Source: Bacteroidaceae bacterium (GTDB lineage: Bacteria; Bacteroidota; Bacteroidia; Bacteroidales; Bacteroidaceae). Taken from it: a DNA stretch of 64,000 nt. The notes below the pieces were generated by a model that saw only the letters and a program-made list of their open reading frames with translations, was not told where the DNA came from and did not search any database. Below, one piece after another: positions 57,875 to 64,000 of the stretch; within the stretch, counting starts at the first letter, position 1, and each line of letters starts with the position of its first letter. A program made the position numbers and the translations under genes. Location of the stretch: the NCBI GenBank assembly GCA_045640825.1, contig JAZUFR010000022.1, positions 403 to 64,402 on the forward strand, given 5' to 3'.

Positions 57875-60142
57875 ATGAAGCTTTTTAATTCTAAAAAACT
57901 TTTAACCGGAATGGCAGTAGCCAGTACTTTGGCTCTGGCCGGAATTGTGTCTTCATGTGCCGATCTGTGGAAGGAGGATCATCCTGGTACCTACTACACA
58001 AATGACGGCGAGACAATTGCCGATTATCTGGCAGGAACAAAAGCAGGAAAGTATCACGGAGACTATTCTTACTTTGTTCAGATTCTTAAAACTGCAAAGT
58101 TGTGGGGCCAGATGAGTACTTATGGTACCTACACATGTTTTGCACCAAGCAACGCTGCTCTTGATGACTATTTCAAGCAGAGAAGGGATGAAGCAAAGAC
58201 AGAACAGCAGAAAGCCATCTTTACAGACATCAATTCTGTACTTGGTGATACCGCAGTCTGCGATACAATTGCCAGAACCCATCTGTTCAACAACCTTATG
58301 TACACTTCGTCACTGAGTGGTAACGGTGTGCTTCAGCACCCTAACATGCTGGACCGTTACGTTACTTACTACTCATATGCTGATACAGTTCCCTTCATAG
58401 ATGAGGAAACAAATGAGATTCTCAAGTGCAAGGATGGTACAGACTCAACCCAGGTTCTGCTCAGATACCTCATTAACATGCAGGCATCCCTGACCATTAC
58501 CGATGATACAGTTCAGAACGGTGTAGTTCACCAGATAGACAAGGTTCTGCGTTCATCAAACCAGTTCCTGCCAGGTCTTATGAAGGAGAATCCCAACCTG
58601 AGCATTTTCTACACTGCACTTGTTCAGACCGGTCTTAAGGATACACTTGAGAAATACCTGGATGATACCTATCCAGAGATTGAATACTCATGGACAATAC
58701 AGGCTCTCCGCGACGGTGCAAGCGATATTCACAAGAACGAAACAGCTTATGAGACTGGAGATAACGCAGACCGTATTGCTATCCCAGAGAAGAGAGAGTA
58801 CAAGTTCACCATGTTTGCAATGCCAGATACCGCTCTTGAGAACTACTCAGACAAGTTCTGGTCAGGTGGTATCCACAATCTGAATGAGCTCAGACAGTAT
58901 GCAGAAATAGTATACCCAGAGGGTGCTGGACAGCCAGATACACTCAGAACAAGTTCTCTGAACAAGCTTATCTCTTACCACATCCTGCCATGCTGGCTCT
59001 CATACGACCAGTTCAACACAAGCCAGAAGGCCATCATACAGCGCCGTCTGTTCCTTGATGAGTATGATGTAGAAGACTTCTTTGAGACACTCATGCCTCA
59101 TTCAATCATGCGTATCAGTACAGCCTATGAGACAAATGAGAAAACAGAGGGTATTTTCATTAACCGTAAGGGTACCAAGAAGATTGGTCTTCCTTACCCA
59201 GGTATTAGAATTGCACAGGATATTTCAGAGTACAACCTGCCTGGTCAGCTCACCAACATCTGCGTAAATGGTGGATACCATTATATAAATAAGCTGCTCA
59301 CCTACGATGCAGCCACCAGAGAAGAGGCTCTTAACTGCAGAATGAGAATCATGTGCTGCACACTGTCACCTGACTTTATCAACAGTGGTGGCCGTGGACG
59401 TCTTAATGGTGATGAGAGTAACAATGGTGTTACAAACATCAACAAGATGACTATGGCATACGAGGTTGGCTACTGTACAAACTTCAAGTGGGTAGAAGAT
59501 CAGACTAAGTTCTTTGTAAGATATCGTGATAAGTCATTCGGTACATTCTATGGTGACGAGATTTGCGTTCGCGGTAGTTATGACCTTGCATTCAAGCTGC
59601 CTCCAGTTCCTTCAGACGGTACCTATGAGATCCGCGTTTGGAACAACTCACTGGCAAGCAGTAGTTCACAGAATGACCGTGGTATTGCACAGTTCTATTT
59701 CCACCAGTATGATCCAGCAAAGGATAAGACAACATTCTGGAGAAACTGGGATTGGACTCCTGAGGGTATTCCAGTAGACCTTAGAATTGGTGGAGGTGAT
59801 GCAAGAATTGGAATGGTAGCCGACGATGATGACAGATACAGCTCAATGACTGCTTCAGAGAAGGCTCAGGCAATCTACCTGAATGACAGAGCAATGCGTA
59901 TCCGCGGTTACTTAAAGCCAATGGATTCATATACAGCTGCTCAGTCAACAGATAACACAGGCGATCCTATCAGAACAGACGAAAACTGCTATAGAAAGAT
60001 TATTGGCAACGAGTATCTGAGAGCAAACAATGACTATTGGATCCGTATGCGTCAGGTATATGAGGATGACGGTGTATTCCCATTCAGTTTTATAGAGATT
60101 GTTCCTAAGAGCGTCTATGAGGCAAATGAGGATCAGCATTAA
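57875..60142 (+). CDS. lipoprotein with two FAS1 (fasciclin)-like domains and a ~350-aa C-terminal domain of unknown function
   Basis: Lipobox …LAGIVSSC. FAS1-type motifs CFAPSNAALDDYF and FTMFAMPDTALENY. Confidence 0.6.
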   Translation: MKLFNSKKLLTGMAVASTLALAGIVSSCADLWKEDHPGTYYTNDGETIADYLAGTKAGKYHGDYSYFVQILKTAKLWGQMSTYGTYTCFAPSNAALDDYFKQRRDEAKTEQQKAIFTDINSVLGDTAVCDTIARTHLFNNLMYTSSLSGNGVLQHPNMLDRYVTYYSYADTVPFIDEETNEILKCKDGTDSTQVLLRYLINMQASLTITDDTVQNGVVHQIDKVLRSSNQFLPGLMKENPNLSIFYTALVQTGLKDTLEKYLDDTYPEIEYSWTIQALRDGASDIHKNETAYETGDNADRIAIPEKREYKFTMFAMPDTALENYSDKFWSGGIHNLNELRQYAEIVYPEGAGQPDTLRTSSLNKLISYHILPCWLSYDQFNTSQKAIIQRRLFLDEYDVEDFFETLMPHSIMRISTAYETNEKTEGIFINRKGTKKIGLPYPGIRIAQDISEYNLPGQLTNICVNGGYHYINKLLTYDAATREEALNCRMRIMCCTLSPDFINSGGRGRLNGDESNNGVTNINKMTMAYEVGYCTNFKWVEDQTKFFVRYRDKSFGTFYGDEICVRGSYDLAFKLPPVPSDGTYEIRVWNNSLASSSSQNDRGIAQFYFHQYDPAKDKTTFWRNWDWTPEGIPVDLRIGGGDARIGMVADDDDRYSSMTASEKAQAIYLNDRAMRIRGYLKPMDSYTAAQSTDNTGDPIRTDENCYRKIIGNEYLRANNDYWIRMRQVYEDDGVFPFSFIEIVPKSVYEANEDQH

Positions 60143-60162
60143 TCAGATTCCATAAAGCAAAA

Positions 60163-60195
60163 TAAGGGTGACTACAACAGTCACCCTTATTTTTT
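60163..60195 (+). terminator. intrinsic terminator after the FAS1 lipoprotein gene
   Basis: Perfect 10-bp stem TAAGGGTGAC / GTCACCCTTA, 7-nt loop, T6. Confidence 0.8.
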
Positions 60196-60384
60196 ATATA
60201 GGCACTATGGACGGCTTAGGATTAAATATTGATACCTGGCAATGTAGTAACCTACAAACCAATAAAGAGGCTATAAATAGCTTTAAACAAGCCATAAAGA
60301 GAGCGCACAGGTCATTAATAACACTTGCATAGGCAGTCCATGCTACTAGGTTATTAAGACATCTAGAATAAATGTCAAGATGCA

Positions 60385-60419
60385 CCAAAAAAGCCGCAGA
60401 TTTTATAATCAGCGGCTTT
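60385..60419 (-). terminator. intrinsic terminator after the ECF sigma operon
   Basis: Stem AAAGCCGC (60390-60397) / GCGGCTTT (60412-60419) with inner GATT/AATC pairs. U-run on the minus strand (A60387-60392). Confidence 0.65.
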
Positions 60420-60443
60420 ATATCATTAAAAGGAAAATAGTAT

Positions 60444-61184
60444 TCAGCGTGACGTGTTATTACCGTCTGAGGACCATACGGGCCTAGTGGGAGCACCCTG
60501 ATGGAACTGTGGATTAAAAGGAGCGTTTCCTGGCATAGGACCAAACTGAGGACCAAACTGAGGACCACGCTGCCATATACTATCCTGATTATGGAAACGG
60601 TTGTAATACTCCTCCATTCTCTTTAACATAGCAGAATCCGGGCGCTGCCAGTTTTGCCAGTAATGTTCCCACCAACGCTGTTGTCTTTCATTATCCTGCT
60701 GCATCTCGTACTGACGCACACGCTGGAAATCAAACATGTGTGGCTGCATCATACGGAACTGAGGGTTAATAATGGTCCACTGTCCCATCATCTGGAACTG
60801 ACGCTGGGCATGCTCTCTGTTCTGCTGTGCTCTCTGGCTCCATATTTTCTGGCCCAGTTCCCACTGTGCAACACCAATTTTCTGACGTGTAGTATCAGGA
60901 AGTGCCTTTTCCAGCTTTTTCATATAATCATCATTGATCTGAGACCAGCGCTTCATGTAATCACGTGATTCCGGAGTGGTCTCACGGTTCAGTTTAGCAA
61001 GCTGTTCATTATAATCAATGTAGATCTTGGCAAAATTCTGATACTCCTTCTTGGTAAGGTTTGCGTTCTCCTTAATGAAACGGAGTGACGCATTAATCAT
61101 CTCCTCGTCCTTGTTCTGCGCCATAGAAGGCGTAGAAAAGAACAAGCCAACACCAATGACTACAAGCGCCAACACCTTTTTCAT
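60444..61184 (-). CDS. periplasmic Q/W/R-rich protein, possibly Spy/CpxP-like
   Basis: Signal peptide …TPSMAQ. Helical Q/E/R/W-rich body with an LTKKEYQ (LTxxQ-like) motif. C-terminal PQFG repeats. Third gene of the sigma/anti-sigma unit. Confidence 0.4.
   Translation of the reverse strand: MKKVLALVVIGVGLFFSTPSMAQNKDEEMINASLRFIKENANLTKKEYQNFAKIYIDYNEQLAKLNRETTPESRDYMKRWSQINDDYMKKLEKALPDTTRQKIGVAQWELGQKIWSQRAQQNREHAQRQFQMMGQWTIINPQFRMMQPHMFDFQRVRQYEMQQDNERQQRWWEHYWQNWQRPDSAMLKRMEEYYNRFHNQDSIWQRGPQFGPQFGPMPGNAPFNPQFHQGAPTRPVWSSDGNNTSR
60537..60572. repeat. 12-nt in-frame tandem repeat (2 exact + 1 degenerate unit)
   Basis: AGGACCAAACTG x2, then AGGACCACGCTG. Encodes GPQFGPQFGP on the minus strand. 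Confidence 0.9.
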
Positions 61185-61185
61185 A

Positions 61186-61515
61186 TCAGTCTCCGTAATA
61201 GTTACTCATCATGGAATAAACATCCAGGTCATCGGCAGACATGCTCAGGAACAGCTCATCAACGCTGGTGCACTGAGATATGCTCTCATAATCGGGAATG
61301 TTAAATCCGCTGTTACCAAATGGATGAAGGAACAACAAGGCAACAGCTGCAACACTTGCTGCACTTGCAAACAGGGCAACAATCTTGCGGTCCTTGCGCT
61401 GCTTACGCTCATGACCAATCTGGGACATAACCCTCTCGGTCATATCATCAAGGAAATGCTCAGGCATTCTGTAGGGCATCTCCCTGCTCATTGATTCCAG
61501 ATCAAATTCTTTCAT
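61186..61515 (-). CDS. putative single-pass anti-sigma factor
   Basis: 109 aa: ~44-aa cytoplasmic part, TM IVALFASAASVAAVALLFL, ~45-aa acidic periplasmic tail. Its start overlaps the sigma gene stop in ATGA. No zinc-binding HxxxCxxC motif. Confidence 0.45.
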   Translation of the reverse strand: MKEFDLESMSREMPYRMPEHFLDDMTERVMSQIGHERKQRKDRKIVALFASAASVAAVALLFLHPFGNSGFNIPDYESISQCTSVDELFLSMSADDLDVYSMMSNYYGD

Positions 61516-62102
61516 AATTCATGTTCTGTTATATAATCCTTTATTTTTTGCACTGCATAATGATAGTTGGTTTTAAGAGTATTTATACTGTCACCTACTA
61601 TATCATGTATCTCCTCGTAACTCTTGTCATCATAGTAACGAAGATTAAATACCATCTTCTGTTTTGGCGGCAGGAGAGCTATTGCCTCCTGTAGTAATAT
61701 CAGAGTCTCATCAGCATCGGGACTTGCCTCGGCTCTTACACTGTCCTTGAGTGAATCACCAAGATCATCCACAGACATTGTAAAACCAGCCTTGTTCTTG
61801 AGCAGTTTAAGACTCTCATTCGTAGCAATCTTATACAACCAGGATGACAATGGAAACTCATTTGAGTAAGTGCCACGGTATTTGTAGACATTTATCATTG
61901 TCTCCTGTAAAACGTCCTCAGCATCGTCGTGCGCTACAACCATTCTCCGGATATGCCAATAAAGTGGCTCACCGAATTTTTTCATAATCAAGCGCATGGC
62001 CTCATCTACATGACTGTCGTCACATAGCAGACGGGCAATGGATTCGTCGCTCACTGAAAGAGATCCTTGGCTGTTCACTATGTCACTCTGATCACGTTTC
62101 AC
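61512..62102 (-). CDS. ECF-type RNA polymerase sigma-70 family factor
   Basis: Region 2 (…DAEDVLQETMINVYK…) and region 4 HTH (SYEEIHDIVGDSINTLKTNYHYAVQKIK). GTG start at 62102, with no upstream ATG. Confidence 0.8.
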   Translation of the reverse strand: MKRDQSDIVNSQGSLSVSDESIARLLCDDSHVDEAMRLIMKKFGEPLYWHIRRMVVAHDDAEDVLQETMINVYKYRGTYSNEFPLSSWLYKIATNESLKLLKNKAGFTMSVDDLGDSLKDSVRAEASPDADETLILLQEAIALLPPKQKMVFNLRYYDDKSYEEIHDIVGDSINTLKTNYHYAVQKIKDYITEHEL

Positions 62103-62169
62103 TGGTAATATAATGCCAATGCAAAAAAGTTAAAGACTATATTCAAATTTATGTTTTACAACAACAGCA

Positions 62170-63798
62170 TCAATAGGCTGCCTGATGGAAATAGTCAAAG
62201 TCTGCATATCCACCTGCCTGCTTGGTTGCAAAGTTGTACAGACCAGTACGATAACCGGTAAAATAATCCAGGGAGAAGCTCATCTGCAGAACTGCATCAA
62301 CCTCTGTCCAGTTCTTACCGTCCAGGGAATAGCTCATGAAAGCCTGGTCTGCCTTGGCAGTATCATCGGCCTGGGGAGTAAAGACGTATCTTATCTTGAG
62401 CCATACCTTGTCCTGTGCAAGAGGAATCCTGAGAGCCTCTGTGTCTGGATTTGGCTGTTCACCATTCTGCTGTCCAAAGCGGCGGCCAACATTCCTGTGT
62501 GTCATAGCTACAAGCTCCTTGGTACCATTCTCAGAGATCTCTACTCCTATGGTGCAGTAGTTGCTCTGGAAAGCCACAATTCCGGCCTTGTCTCCGGGCT
62601 GCATACCCTTGGTGTCCATAAGCACCTCACTGTAGCAACGTGGGCCTACAGTGCGCTGGGTCAGAGTATTGCGGGCATCCATTACGTTTGTAGCTATCTG
62701 ACCGGTCTTAAGGCGCAACCAACCCTTTCTGTCTGTAACAGACCATGCGCTGTTATCGGGCTTATGGTTCCACTGCCATACCAGATCCAGCTGGTTCTTC
62801 CTGTACTTGAACTCGTCGTTATCCCAGGTACGGTTCTTGCCAGACTCGGGCAGGTTTACGGTAAACTGCTTTACAGGAACGGTGTTATCGCCAAGTATTG
62901 GCCAGCCGTCCTCCCATTTCATGGGCTGGAGTGTAGAGATCCTGCCTACTCCACCATGATCCTGGAACATTATGGAGTACCAGTCTCCATTCTGGGTCTC
63001 TATAATACCACCCTGGGCTACACCATCACCACGGCCGTCAAAAGCACCGCCCAGTATTACCTTGCTCTCATACGGACCCATAAGATCCTTTGAACGCCAA
63101 CAGGTCTCTGTACGTACGCCTCCAGCAGGCCAATCTATTAAAAGGATGTAGTAATAGTCACCTATGTGATAGATATGGGCGCCCTCACCCTTAAGGGTAT
63201 AACCCTGACGGGGATATTCAATCAGGACTTTTTCCTCTGCTCCTGCTTTTACAGCAGAGCCATCCGGTTCAAGTTCTATGATCCTTATCTCGCTGTTTCC
63301 CCATACTACATACAGATGGCCATCGTCAAACAGCATGGAAGCATCATGGAACGGACGGTCTATTACAGTACGTTCCCAGTTGCTTTTATAGATGTCCTTT
63401 GTTTTGTATATATATGTCTTGTTCTGGTCATTTGCTATGAACAAGGCATAGAACGTACCGTCAACGTAACGCAGGGAAGTGGCCCACTGGCCCTTTCCGT
63501 ATGCGTTACGTCCGTTACGTAGATTGTAGATGTCATCATCGGCCAATACATCATACACATAACTTATAATCTCCCAATGGACAAGATCCTTAGAGTGCAT
63601 GATTGGAGCACCCGGACAGAAATACATGGTTGTGCTCACCATGTAATAGTCATTGCCCACACGGATCCAATCTGGATCTGGAATATCGGTATATGTGAGC
63701 GGGTTTACACAATCTGTTTTCTTGGACTTTGCATTGCAGTCCACAGAAAAAGCAAGAGACAGCAAGGCAAGTGCAACAATAAGAAATCTTGATTTCAT
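62170..63798 (-). CDS. glycoside hydrolase family 43 (beta-xylosidase / alpha-L-arabinofuranosidase) with C-terminal lectin-like domain
   Basis: Signal peptide. GH43 N-terminus NPLTYTDIPDPDWIRVGNDYYMVSTT…. C-terminal beta-sandwich of about 200 aa. Confidence 0.85.
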   Translation of the reverse strand: MKSRFLIVALALLSLAFSVDCNAKSKKTDCVNPLTYTDIPDPDWIRVGNDYYMVSTTMYFCPGAPIMHSKDLVHWEIISYVYDVLADDDIYNLRNGRNAYGKGQWATSLRYVDGTFYALFIANDQNKTYIYKTKDIYKSNWERTVIDRPFHDASMLFDDGHLYVVWGNSEIRIIELEPDGSAVKAGAEEKVLIEYPRQGYTLKGEGAHIYHIGDYYYILLIDWPAGGVRTETCWRSKDLMGPYESKVILGGAFDGRGDGVAQGGIIETQNGDWYSIMFQDHGGVGRISTLQPMKWEDGWPILGDNTVPVKQFTVNLPESGKNRTWDNDEFKYRKNQLDLVWQWNHKPDNSAWSVTDRKGWLRLKTGQIATNVMDARNTLTQRTVGPRCYSEVLMDTKGMQPGDKAGIVAFQSNYCTIGVEISENGTKELVAMTHRNVGRRFGQQNGEQPNPDTEALRIPLAQDKVWLKIRYVFTPQADDTAKADQAFMSYSLDGKNWTEVDAVLQMSFSLDYFTGYRTGLYNFATKQAGGYADFDYFHQAAY

Positions 63799-63831
63799 TG
63801 TATGATGTATTGAAAGAGAAAACTCTGGTTA

Positions 63832-64000
63832 TTACTCAAATGTGAGCCAGTCTACCTGGATATTACCCTCGGTAGCCATGCGTACCTTGAGGTGATGGAT
63901 ACCCTTGGAAGCACCCTTTACGGCAGCCTTAACCTCAATCATCTGACGGTCTGCAGGAACATCAACGGTAGCAATTACCTTTTCGTCCTGGAGAATCTCA
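63832..64000 (-). CDS. C-terminal 55 codons of a protein ending in a CBM6/35-like carbohydrate-binding module (gene runs off the window end)
   Basis: Hand translation …EILQDEKVIATVDVPADRQMIEVKAAVKGASKGIHHLKVRMATEGNIQVDWLTFE*. The …I.VDW..F ending is typical of CBM6-like modules. Stop is the complement of 63832-63834. Confidence 0.4.
   Translation of the reverse strand, partial: EILQDEKVIATVDVPADRQMIEVKAAVKGASKGIHHLKVRMATEGNIQVDWLTFE

Noticed and set aside
60194-60568. 124-aa minus-strand ORF spanning the 3' end of the Q-rich protein gene and the downstream intergenic region.
   Set aside because: It starts inside the better-supported gene in another frame, crosses that gene's terminator, and its translation has no features.
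45368-64000. A canonical polysaccharide utilisation locus (PUL).
   Set aside because: No SusC-like TonB-dependent transporter, SusD-like lipoprotein or HTCS/ECF-anti-sigma sensor of the PUL type is present. The ECF sigma here has no SusC partner.

Overview
This is a 64-kb chromosomal segment of a Bacteroidota genome, probably Bacteroidales and Prevotellaceae-like. The assignment rests on repeated TAnnTTTG -7 promoter boxes, the TonB/ExbBD genes, the GH content, and the order folE-SPOR-tpiA-DoxX-DUF1599-M23. Spot counts on 60-nt lines give about 50% GC. The window is densely coding. I annotate 54 CDS (two cut by the window edges), 3 tRNAs (CAU, Pro-CGG, Phe-GAA), several intrinsic terminators and a set of -7 promoter boxes. 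The ORF track renders TTG/GTG starts as M and often over-extends N-termini, so I re-derived starts by hand where a conserved N-terminus or signal peptide made this clear. Most of the content is core housekeeping: ribF, argB, aroK, topA, ybeY, ruvB, hisS, purA, fur, dnaG, folE, tpiA, recG, tonB-exbBD, pdxJ, nadK, the argR-GNAT-argG-pspC-argC-argD operon, inositol-3-phosphate synthase and dusB. The last ~19 kb carries plant-glycan enzymes (esterase, GH51-like, GH95, xylB, GH8, GH43, CBM) without SusC/SusD. I found no CRISPR, integrase, transposase, prophage, toxin-antitoxin or recognisable defence genes, and no convincing novel multi-gene protein system. The most unusual unexplained structure is RNA-level. 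Two tandem 76-nt, tRNA-sized elements (532-607 and 644-719) share both termini with the adjacent tRNA(CAU) but have a different, near-identical core, and each is followed by its own hairpin plus U-run. A second tRNA-derived oddity is an inverted partial copy of the tRNA-Pro 3' portion, split by an ~89-nt GC-rich insert (43889-44009). A ~4.4-kb AT-richer block (57.7-62.1 kb) carries a FAS1-type lipoprotein and an ECF sigma module and looks compositionally foreign. All functional calls come from motif and family recognition by eye. No database searches were run.
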